DNA of 64,000 bases from Cyanophora paradoxa CCMP329. Its lineage: Eukaryota > Plantae > Glaucophyta. Shown here one piece after another: positions 12,901-24,900 of this stretch (its first letter is position 1; each line of letters opens with the position of its first letter). The position numbers and the translations under genes are program-made. Below the pieces are notes generated by a model that was not told the DNA's origin, did no database searches, and was given only the letters and a program-made list of their open reading frames with translations. Where the stretch lies: the NCBI GenBank assembly GCA_004431415.1, contig QPMI01000593.1, positions 62,001 to 126,000 on the forward strand. The letters run 5' to 3'.

Positions 12901-15900
12901 CGGCCGCGCGCGCCGGGCTGCGTCAGAACAACGCTCGCATCCGCAAGATCGACCTCGGGAGCAGCACGGCCTCTGCACAGGTGACGACAATCGTGCGGGG
13001 TGCGTGCAACTGCATTCAGCCTGAATGCTCGATTGGAATTGGGGACGGACATGCGCTCGGCAGAGACTGCCGGCTACGACAGCAACAATCAGGTGAATGG
13101 GCTGGCGTACTCGCGGCTGACGGGCTTCCTGTACTGGGTTCGAGAGGACGGCGCTGTCCGCAAGTCCAGGACAGACGGTGCGGCATTTGCTGCCGCGCGG
13201 ATTGCGCCGGCGGGTTGCGAGGCGGGCGCTGTGCAGGGACGGGCCAGGCGACGGTGACGACGAACTCGGTTTTCGAGAGCATGTCTCCGGACTGCATCGC
13301 AGTTGACGCTAGTAGTGATGTGCTGTACATCGGCGCATCGGAGAGGGTGTACAAGGTGGGCCCGATGCCGCGGCCGCGTCGCGGCGGGTCGCTTGCTTTC
13401 ATCACATAAGAGCTGACGGTACGCAGGTGGACGCGACGGGGACGGCATCCGCGAGTCCAGTCTTGTTCAAATCGTTCAGCACTTATGTACGGGGGGTGGA
13501 GATCGTGGAGTCGACGGGGTGCGCGCAATGGCGGGCGCGGCGCGGGGAGGGGCGTGTGTCCGACCAATGTCGCGCGCAGCTTCTGGCGGCTGTACGCGAG
13601 CCTGGACACCGGCGCCATCCAGTCTCTCGATAGGTCAGTTTGCAGGCCGCGCATCAGCAGCGAATTCCTCGATGCTTCGCCCTAGATCTGGTGCTGATGC
13701 CGAGCCCGTGCAGATCTGGAGCGATCAAGAGCGGAGAGGGCTTCTCGGTGCCGACCGCGCTCCAATCTTTGAACGAGGAAGACGTGAAGAAGCCGGAATA
13801 TGGGCTGGCAGCGGCGAGCGAGTTCGGCGGTCTCTACGCGGCCTGGGGTCGTGCGTCGCCCCAGCCGTTCCTGAAACACAATCTTAAAATGGTTGAAGCG
13901 CTGGCTCATTTCCTGTATGCTGCTGGTCGCGTGCGCAGGTCGATACGCATACCTGCACAAGCTCGCGGGGTTCGCGGCCTCGATTCCGGGCACCGCAACG
14001 CCGAGTCCGAGCCCGTCGCCCAGCCCTTTGCTGATGGAGACGCCGAGCTCGAGTCTTTCGCCCAGCCCATCGCCCATGGAGGCACCGACCCCGAGTCCAG
14101 CTCCAAGTGTTGGCGATGTGATCTCGTCTGTCGCGAACGCCACGTGCTCTGGCGGAGTCACTGGCAGTACCGGGTCTCCGACCTTCTGCGTAGGCAACGA
14201 CAAGGCCCCGTCGACGGGCGTCGCGGGTCGGCCTGTTTTCATTATAATGAACTGTGCATTAGAATTGATTTATCTGGCTTTGCGGCTTATAATTATACGG
14301 ATGGGCAGGATTTGGTACAACGGCATTCTTCAACACGCTTCTTGGTGCATTCTTTTCTATGCACAATCAGTTTATACCTCTGCTACAGCTCCCTTTGTTT
14401 TATATCTGTGCACACTCGAGCTCTAACTGGATCGTGCTGGCAGCTATTCACCACAGTCCTTACGATAATTATGTATATGCGACAACGTACACCGCGATCT
14501 TCCGCATTGATGGCACATGCACCTCTACACTGATAGCTGGCCATGCCAAAAACAAAGGTCAGGGCCCGCTGTCCTCATCGCGATCGTACGCGTGTAGCGA
14601 GGTCTCTGCGGAGCTTAGTCGGCGTTTCTCGCAGGCTACTTGAATGGCGCTCTGCTACAGTCTGAGTTTGAGTAAGGAATTTACATATGCATTGACATCC
14701 TCATCATGAGCGCAGCGTTGAGCGCTCTCGTTTATCGCCTCGCCTCGCGCAGTTCACCGCAAGGGATCACAGCGGTGTCGAGGAGCGTGCTGTTTGTGGC
14801 AGACACGGCAAACGCAAGGATCCGCAGGGTGGACCTTGCCCTGGACGCCGTGACCGATCTTTTCTATGATGGTGCTCTTCTATATGATTTTGTGGTTTCG
14901 CACCACATTGCAATTGACAGTCGCGAGCACGCGCAACCACTTGCGCAGCATCTGCGAAGCTGCAGCTGTACGGCCTTGCGTACTCGCCCCTCTCAGGGCG
15001 CCTGTACTGGATGAACCACAACAAAGATCTCGTCAGCGTCAAGCTCGACGGTTTGCCTCGGGCGCGCCTGTGCTTTCGTGCCATCTAATTTGACTTTTCA
15101 GGGACTGACCCGCAAGCCGTTGTTATTGAAACCGGCCCGGGCAACATTGGGGCAGACAGCGTCGCGATTGATGCCGACGCTGACATTCTCTACGTGGCTG
15201 TCAGCTCGACCGTGTACAAAGTGCGCTGGTCGCACTTGAATTGCAGCTGGAGGACCGGCTCACAGTTCAAGCAGGTGGACGCGAGGGACATAGTTGCGTC
15301 GTCCAAAGACGTGTTTACGAAGGACCTGAAGTACACGCCCACTGGCGTGGACGTCGTGCAGGCTTCTTTGGGGTGCGGGATGTATACTTGCACCTGCTAT
15401 CTTCGAACTTTCTGCTGATTTCACGCCTGCAATGTTGCTCGCAGATTCTGGCGGGTGATGGTCGGTCAGGCACAGGACGGCGTGCGCTTCTTCAACAGGT
15501 GCTCAAGCACTGGTTCCCGTGCGGGCGCGCAAACTAGAATAAACATTGACTCGTGCGTGCAGCTCAGGAGCGCTGCAGTCGGCCGAGACGATTTCGTCGC
15601 CGTTGAAGTGCGTACCCGCAGCAGTTTTGCTGCTTAGGGCGCTTTATGCGCGGAGCTCCATTGACCCCCACCGCAGGCCCGGAAGTACCGAGACTGCTGG
15701 AGAGGCCGATGGTGGGGTGGCGACAGTGCGCTACACGGATGGCACTCGAGTCTTCACCGCTTGGGGCCGTGCGCACGCATCCTTTCCCGCCTTCGGCTGC
15801 GCTTCTGCTCCGCACGTCGCATTTATTTCCGATACCGACAGAGGGACGGATCTACTCTCGCAACGCAACGACGATATGCGCCAACGCTCCGGCAGTTTCG

Positions 15901-18900
15901 TCGGGCCCGTCTCCAAGCCCACGCCCATCGGCAAGCCCGAGCCCGTTGCCGACGGCGACGCCGAGCCCGAGCCCGTCGCCCAGCCCGTCCCCGACGGCGA
16001 CGCCGAGCCCGAGCCCATCGCCCAGCCCGTCCCCGATGGCGACGCCGAGCCCGAGCCCGTCGCCCAGCCCGTCCCCGACGGCGACGCCGAGCCCGAGCCC
16101 ATCGCCCAGCCCGTCCCCGATGGCGACGCCGAGCCCGAGCCCGTCGCCCAGCCCGTCGCCGACGGAGACGCCGAGCCCGAGCCCGTCGCCCAGCCCGTCG
16201 CCGACGGAGACGCCGAGCCCGAGCCCGTCGCCCAGCCCGTCGCCGACGGAGACGCCCAGCCCGAGCCCGTCGCCCAGCCCGTCGCCGACGGAGACGCCGA
16301 GCCCGAGCCCGTCGCCCAGCCCGTCGCCGACGGCGACGACGAGCCCGAGCCCGTCGCCCAGCCCGTCGCCGACGGAGGCGCCGAGCCCGAGCCCGTCGCC
16401 CAGCCCTTCGCCGATGGCGACGCCGAGCCCGAGCCCGTCGCCCAGCCCGTCCCCGACGGCGACGCGAGCCGAGCCCGTCGCCCAGCCCGTCGCCGACGGC
16501 GACGCCGAGCCCGAGCCGTCGCCCAGCCCGTCGCCGACGGAGACGCCGAGCCCGAGCCCGTCGCCCAGCCCGTCGCCGACGGAGACGCCGAGCCCGAGCC
16601 CGTCGCCCAGCCCGTCGCCGACGGAGACGCCGAGCCCGAGCCCGTCGCCCAGCCCGTCGCCGACGGAGACGCCGAGCCCGAGCCCGTCGCCCAGCCCGTC
16701 GCCGACGGAGACGCCGAGCCCGAGCCCGTCGCCCAGCCCGTCGCCGACGGCGACGCCGAGCCCGAGCCCGTCGCCCAGCCCGTCGCCAACGGAGACGCCG
16801 AGCCCGAGCCCGTCGCCCAGCCCGTCGCCGACGGCGACGCCGAGCCCGAGCCCGTCGCCCAGCCCTTCGCCGACGGAGACGCCGAGCCCGAGCCCGTCGC
16901 CCAGCCCGTCGCCGACGGAGGCGCCGAGCCCGAGCCCGTCGCCCAGCCCGTCGCCAACGGAGACGCCGAGCCCGAGCCCGTCGCCCAGCCCTTCGCCGAC
17001 GGAGACGCCGAGCTCGAGCCCGTCGCCCAGCCCTTCGCCGACGGAGACGCCGAGCCCGAGCCCGTCGCCCAGCCCGTCCCCGACGGCGACGCCGAGCCCG
17101 AGCCCGTCGCCCAGCCCGTCGCCGACGGAGACACCGAGCCCGAGCCCGTCGCCCAGCCCATCCCCGACGGCGACGCCGAGCCCGAGCCCGTCGCCCAGCC
17201 CGTCGCCGACGGCGACGCCGAGCCCGAGCCCGTCGCCCAGCCCGTCGCCGACGGCGACGACGAGCCCGAGCCCGTCGCCCAGCCCGTCGCCAACGGAGAC
17301 GCCGAGCCCGAGCCCGTCGCCCAGCCCGTCGCCAACGGAGACGCCGAGCCCGAGCCCGTCGCCCAGCCCTTCGCCGACGGAGACGCCGAGCCCGAGCCCG
17401 TCGCCCAGCCCGTCGCGGACGGCGACGCCGAGCCCGAGCCCGTCGCCCAGCCCGTCGCCGACGGAGACGCCGAGCCCGAGCCCGTCGCCCAGCCCATCCC
17501 GACGGCGACGCCGAGCCCGAGCCCGTCGCCCAGCCCGTCGCCGACGGCGACGCCGAGCCCGAGCCCGTCGCCCAGCCCGTCGCCAACGGAGACGCCAAGC
17601 CCGAGCCCGTCGCCCAGCCCGTCGCCGACGGCGACGCCGAGCCGAGCCCGTCGCCCAGCCCGTCGCCGACGGAGACGCCGAGCCCGAGCCCGTCGCCCAG
17701 CCCGTCGCCGACGGAGACGCCGAGCCCGAGCCCGTCGCCGAGCCCGTCGCCAACGGCGACGCCGAACCCGAGCCCGTCGCCCAGCCCGTCGCCCAGCCCG
17801 TCGCCCAGCCCGTCGCCTACGGAGACGCCGAGCCCGAGCCCGTCGCCCAGCCCGTCGCCGACGGAGACACCGAGCCCGAGCCCGTCGCCCAGCCCGTCGC
17901 GGACGGCGACGTCGAGCCCGAGCCCGTCGCCCAGCCCGTCGCCGACGGCGACGCTGAGCCCGAGCCCGTCGCCCAGCCCGTCGCCGACGGAGACGCCGAG
18001 CCCGAGCCCGTCGCCCAGCCCTTCGCCGACGGAGACGCCGAGCCCGAGCCCGTCGCCCAGCCCGTCGCCGACGGCGACGACGAGCCAGAGCCCGTCGCCC
18101 AGCCCGTCGCCGACGGAGACGCCCAGCCCGAGCCCGTCGCCAAGCCCGAGCCCGTCGCCCAGCCCGAGCCCGTCGCCCAGCCCGTCGCCGACGGCGACGC
18201 CGAGCCCGAGCCCGTCGCCCAGCCCGTCGCCGACGGAGACGCCGAGCCCGAGCCCGTCGCCCAACCCGAGCCCGTCGCCCAGCCCGAGCCCGTCGCCCAG
18301 CCCGAGCCCGTCGCCCAGCCCGAGCCCGTCGCCCAGCCCGAGCCCGTCGCCCAGCCCGAGCCCGTCTTCCATCCCGAGCCCGTCGCCCAGCCCGAGCCCG
18401 TCGCCCAGCCCGAGCCCGTCGCCAAGCCCGAGCCCGTCGCCCAGCCCGAGCCCGTCGCCAAGCCCGAGCTCGTCGCCTAGCCCGAGCCCGTCGCCCAGCC
18501 CGAGCCCGTCGCCCAGCCCGAGCCCGTCTTCCAGCCCGAGCCCGTCGCCCAGCCCGAGCCCGTCGCCAAGCCCGAGCCCGTCGCCAAGCCCGAGCCCGTC
18601 GCCCAGCCGAGCCCGTCGCCCAGCCCGAGCCCGTCGCCCAGCCCGAGCCCGTCGCCCAGCCCGAGCCCGTCGCCCAGCCCGAGCCCGTCGCCCAGCCCGA
18701 GCCCGTCTTCCATCCCGAGCCCGTCGCCCAGCCCGAGCCCGTCGCCCAGCCCGAGCCGTCGCCAAGCCCGAGCCCGTCGCCCAGCCCGAGCCCGTCGCCA
18801 AGCCCGAGCTCGTCGCCTAGCCCGAGCCCGTCGCCCAGCCCGAGCCCGTCGCCCAGCCCGAGCCCGTCTTCCAGCCCGAGCCCGTCGCCCAGCCCGAGCC

Positions 18901-21900
18901 CGTCGCCAAGCCCGAGCCCGTCGCCAAGCCCGAGCCCGTCGCCCAGCCCGAGCCCGTCGCCCAGCCCGAGCCCGTCGCCCAGCCCGAGCCCGTCGCCCAG
19001 CCCGAGCCCGTCGCCCAGCCCGAGCCCGTCGCCCAGCCCGAGCCCGTCGCCCAGCCCGAGCCCGTCGCCCAGCCCGTCGCCGGTGCAGGCAGCGGGCCCT
19101 CCCTTGGGTACGTTTGGAGACGTTTACGTGGAAGAAGCACGGTTTGATACATACGGCTACACCATCACCTTCGTGTGCGCATGCTTCCGTGGCCATGCCT
19201 GGTTCCCCTAGTCTCGTTTCTTATTGTCGTGCAGTTTGGGATCGACTTCCGGCTCAACGTCTGCCAGGCGACTCCGTCAAATAGGCTCAGGTTCCGAGCC
19301 AAGCTCTCCTGGTGGAAGTTGGGGAATAGTCCCAGCAAGCGCACTGTCAAGCAACAGCTCGGCCGTTCTCGGCGCCAATGCATACGCGGAATGGAAGGGC
19401 CCGGCTCAGCTAGCCTTCGGTCTGGTGCGCCGCTTCGTTTTATAACTGAATACATGCAAGTCAACACTGAACGGGACGGACAGGGTGGAGATGCAACCGT
19501 TATGCCTGGGGACATCATTGTGCTCAGGCTCGCTGATCTCCAGCTCGCGATCCCGGGGCGGGTTGCTGCAGAGCTCCCCACCGTGGTGCTCCCTCCTCGG
19601 GAGTGGCCCGCCCTCACTATCCTCTTGAGCCCGCTCACGACCGGTTCGAGAACTCTAAATCAATATTACATTCGTGTGCTGATGTTCCCTCCATGCAGTG
19701 GCGTACTGCGACCACGCGAGAATCGGGGCGCCGGTCTCCGGCGGAGGCCGCTGGCCGCTTCGCGTGCGGTGGACCTGCGCCGGCGCGAGCTGCACGCGCC
19801 CCGACGTGGAGCTCGCCGTCCAGCGCGCGGGGCCGGCGCGCGCCGCCGACCTGCCGTCCGACCTGCCGCCGGGCGACCTCGAGCTCCGCGTCTCTGCCGA
19901 GATCGCGCTGGGCGGGGCCCGCTACTCCGCCGCCGGCACCGTTCGCAAGGTGAAACCCTGCTTCGCCGATTCGCGTCTCTACTTCGATTGATCTCTGCCG
20001 ATCACAGAGCAAAGGGAAGCCGCCTCGCGTCTGGGCGCCGTACAGCGCTGTGACCGTCGAGTCGTCAGAGCCTCTCTTCCTCTTCGTGACTGCCGAGCGC
20101 GTCGTCTGCGTCTCGTCGTCCGAGAGCCAGCCCGCCAACGCAACCGGAGGCCTGCTCTACCGATGTGCGTTCCACTTCCTGCCGCGATGTAACGACTAGG
20201 TTCGATGTGCGACGAAGTGGCGCGACCTAACGATTCCGCCGCGAGCAGGGGCCCTTCCCAACGACATGCAGCTCGCCCCCGCGCTCATCAGCGCCATCGA
20301 TGTCTCACGCCAGAGGCTGGCGCTCCCCCGCTTTGTGCGTGGCGCACGCCGCCGATGCGTTGTTCGGGTCGCTAACGCAGCCCGTGCAACGCGCAGTCGC
20401 TGTACCCGGACCGAGTGTACGACTTCGTTGTGACGGTAACCGACGCGAGCCAGTCACCCCACGAAGAGTCACAGCACGCCATCCGCGTCGCCGTCCTCTC
20501 GCGCCCTCTCGAGGCTTCGATCACGATTGCCAGCAGTGCCAGTCCGCCCTACTTCTTTCACTTTCTTACTGGCAAAGGTTGATCGTCGGACCCAGGAAGG
20601 ACGGAGCTGTCGCTCACAGAGGAACTCGTGGCGTCGGCCGCTGGGAGCCGAGGTGCCTGTTGGCGCTGCGCATAGCTGCAGAAAGATTGCGGGGCCTTCT
20701 CCATAACTCGCTGGCTTGCGCAGACCCCGACCACGAGGGCAGCCTCCTCTGCTTCTCTTGGTGCGCGTGCGCGAAATCTCGAACAGCACAGCATGTCGTC
20801 CTGACGCGTCTGCAGGAGCCTCGAAACGCGAGCGGGCGATCTCCTGGCCCCAGCCACGGAGCTCGGCGGAGCTCCCACATTCGTCTTCGAGCCTCGCGCC
20901 TTCGGTATTGCAGTCTCTTCACTCAGTCTGCCGAGAGCAGCCGCCGATCTTGGCTGTCTGTGCAGGCATGGAGGAGGGCAAGCCGTACCTCGTCCGCGTG
21001 GCGGTCGTGTCGCACCGCAACTCCAGCGCGGCCTCCTGCTCCTCTGTTTCGAATTCCAGCGCCAACGCCACTGCCGCCGTCTCCATTTCCTTCTCCGCCA
21101 CCCAAAGCAACTGGCGGGTGACAATGTGCGCCATCCGAATTGCGAACAGGCGCTCCGACAAGCTCTCTAATCGCAACCGTAACAACCGCCGCGCAGCAAC
21201 AAGGCGGTGCCGCACGATCTGATGCACGCGCACCTGAGGCACACGATCCAGCTGCGCTGCGAGGCGCCGCCGGACGCCCGCTCGTTCGGGTGGACGCTCG
21301 GGGACGCCTGGGGCGACGCCGACGTCTCCGAGCACGCGGTCGCGACGTCCTCGACGACCTCGACGCTCGTGCTCGACCCCGTCCGCCTGCAGCTCGCCAC
21401 CGACCGCGTCTACACCGCGACCTGCACCGCCTCCAACGGCGCCCGCGAGGCCTCGGACCGCGCCGCCTTCCGGCTGCTTTCGGGCCCGTCCGCCGGCTCG
21501 TGCCTCGTCTCGCCGCGCAAGGGCATCGCGTTGAACACCGTTTTCCGCGTGGAGGTCCCCTCGATCCCGCTCCCGCTTTCCTCGGCCCTCATTGATTGAC
21601 GCCGTTCGTCCGCCCGTGCGCAGTGCGCGAACTGGAGCTCCCCGCACAGCGCCGGCGAGGAGCTGCGGTACACGCTGCAGGCGCTCCTGCCAAGCGGCGA
21701 GATTCTGCGCCTCGCGTCCGCCCGCGGCGTCCTGCAGCCCGTCTTTGAGTCTGTGCTTCCCGGTGCGCATTCACCGTGCACCGCCAGCGCCCCTCGGCGA
21801 GCCCACTTACGAATGCCCTCGCAGCGTCCTCGGCGCGAAAGGCGATTCCGACGTCCCTTCGCGTGGCCGTCCAAGACAAGTTCGGTGCATACCGCTGGCG

Positions 21901-24900
21901 CCGCCGAGGCCTGCGACGCGCCCGCTTACAGCTTCCGCGTGCAGGCGCCGAGACCGTCTTCTTCGCGGGGCTGGAGGTTTCGGTGGAGGCCGAGCTGTAC
22001 AGCAGCGCCGCCGTGGCGGGCGTGGCGGAGACGGCGCTGCAGGGCGTCCTTCGCGCCCTCAACACCCTCCAGCGCCCCCCCGGCGACAACGGGTGCGCCC
22101 GGCGCCGGCGAGTTCGAGCGCGCCGGCGTCGCGATTGCTAACTGCGCGCAGACTGGACGAGGCGCTCGACTCGTTCGGCGTCGTCGCTTCCGCCGCCTCC
22201 AGCGCCGCTGCGGTCAGCCCCTTGCCCAACCTGCCGCTAGCGCTCCCGCGTTCGTCCTGCATTCCCTGCACTGACTCTGCTGTGCAGCTCCTCGACGGAG
22301 CGCTCGACCAGCTCGACGGGGCGAAGGTGGCGAAGAGCGTCCGGGCGGCCGTGGACGGCATCCTCGCCGCCGCGCTCGACGAAAGCTTCGCCTCCGAGGG
22401 TCGCTTCCTGCAGGCCGCCAACGCCCTCCTCGCCCTCACCGACGTGCGTGCGAGCCATTCGCTCGCGATCGCCCCAATCCTCGGGCGCTCACTCTGCTTT
22501 GGTAGATTGTGGCGCGCGGGGGGACGGCGGACCTGCGGGCGGAGCTTCCCGGGCGTCTCGCCCAGCTCTTCGCCCAGATCGACATGTGCTCGCCGACCGT
22601 CGATGCGCCCGAACTCGTATCTCACGTGCGCTCGCCCCTGCCGCCGCATAAAGAAAGTGCCGATCGTGACAAATTACATTTCTCGGCAGGTGGCGGGCGC
22701 GGTGGACAAGCTCGTCGCGGCGCTGCCGGCCAACGAGACCGCCTCCGAGCGGGAGGCGTCAGAGCTGCTAAAGGGTGTGCTCGTGGCCGCCGCCTCGTGC
22801 AACCTGTGCGGCTTCCAGGCCGGCTCGTCCCAGCAGAGCAGCGTCAGCGTCGCGTTCGCCCGCGGTGCGTGCGAGGCAGCTGACCGCGCGCGTCCAATTT
22901 CGGCTGATTCGGCGCCGCAGTGTGCGCGGAGGGCAGCGGCGGCGATCCGCTCCGCATGTCGGCGCTCGGGATGTCGGAGGAGGGCATCCCGGTGGCGACC
23001 GACGTCGAGTTTCCCCACGCGCTGCGCAAGATGCTGCAGGCGGAGGGGATCGACCGGGCCGGCGATCCGGTCGGTGCGCTAGCTCGCTTTGGCGTCCTCG
23101 CGGCTCGTCTCCCCTCTGCCTCTGAGCATGCGATTCATTTCCGCAGTGTCACTCGTGTATATTGGGAGGCCCGCGCGGCCCACTGCGGGAGAGCAGGACA
23201 ACTCGTCAAGCGCCGCTCCGCCGGCGTGGGTGGTGCTCGGCGGAAAGATAGACGTCAAGGTGCACAATCCCAGTCAGGAGTCGCCGTCGCAGCCGCTGCG
23301 CGTGGCGAACCTCAGCGAGCCCATCGTCTTCCGCTTCCCGTTCAACGAAGCCGCCGTCAACGGGACGCAAGGTGCGCACCGCGTCCAAACGGCAGTTGGC
23401 GTTCCTTTTCGCGGTAGCTGACGGCCATATCATTTGCAGGCGACTTGAACATTCTCTTCATGAACGATGGCGACTCGGAGTGGAGCTCGTGCGGGCCGCT
23501 CCTCAGCACGTACACCGTCGAAAGCGGCGGCCTCGTGTACAGCGTGGGCGAGGGCGCCTGCAACCACCTCACGTGCGTCCTTTTACCCGGGCCGGCGGCC
23601 CAGCCCGCCTCGCTTATCTTCTTCCTCAGATCGTTCGCCGTGGGCGCGTCGCCGGTGCGACCCGACATCGCTGCAGCGCCCGCCGCGGGCCTGGTCGTCC
23701 CGATCGGCGCGGCGGGAGGAGCGGCAGCTGCAGGTGCAAGTGCAGCCGCACCCGCTTCGCCGCCGAACGTTGTTCCGCCTGTCGTCGGCTCCCTGCTCGC
23801 CCTCATCGTCCTGGCACTGCTTCTGCTCCTCTTCCTGTTTCTCCGGAGGCGACGCAAGCAAGCGGGCGCGCCCTCAGCGGACGCTGTCTCCGACCCTGCG
23901 ACGAACGAATACGGCATCGACGACGCGCCCGGAGAGGCGTCGGCCCCCAGCGCGGCGGAGGAGGTCCGAGGCGTTGAGCTCGTCAAGCCGGCAGCGCCAA
24001 TGCAGGCCGTCCACATGAAGGCGCCACTGCTGGTTTCGGACGAGGCGAAGGTCTCCGAGTCTGTCGAAATAGAGTCGAGCCCGACCGGCGTCGACGCTTC
24101 GATTTCGAGCGAGCTTGACTGGAGCGATCCAAAGGGGCTGGAAGCTGGCGTCGTGGCGGCCTTGGAGAGCAAGTCGTCGTCGTCGAATTCCGCAGTCAGC
24201 TGGCGCAGGCGCTCGTGCAGCCCCGCGCTCGTTATGGAGTCCGATCTCCTCGAGCTGGAGCCCACTCGCGTCTCCCCCGCGCACGGCACATGCGACAACA
24301 GCCAGGTGCTGGAGGACCCGACGAGCTGCAAGGACGACCCGGCCGCGGCTCGGCCCTCGTCTGCGGGCAGCGGGCGCGGCGATCCTCGCCTCGTCTCGGT
24401 CGTTGGTCGTCCAGAGTCGGGCGAGCTTGGTCGCGCGGATGTGCTTCAAGGCAGCACGACTCGCGATCGGGCCGTGCAGCATCCCATCTCACCCGTCACC
24501 TCGGAAGCGTTGCACTCACAGGAGGAGGTCGCAGTCGAGTGTTGCCCAGTCACCACAGCCGGTGATGCGAACGGAATGATGCGCAAAGATTCGTGCAGCG
24601 CGCGGCAACTTCTCCAAGTTTCTTCGGCTGCATCTGCGGAGCTGCACCTGCCGGAAGACGCGGAGGGACCATCAGAGTCCGACGGTTTGACTTCCGGCCT
24701 CGAGTTTGGCACCGGCGCCGATCGAGTGGCGCCGACGGCGGGTGGCGATTGCGACCGGAAGATCGTGCAGATCTTTATTGGAAGCAAGGAGCAGCAACCG
24801 GACGCAGACATTCTGGGGCGGGCCGACGTGAACTTCGGCAGCAGATTGAATGCGGGGCCGACGAGAATGGACGTGCCGCTTCTCGTGGACAGCGACGATG

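Noticed and set aside
15546-19196. Long alternative-frame ORFs ([26 protein letters not shown])
   Set aside because: Stop-free shadows of the SP minisatellite; the flanking exons support the SP frame.
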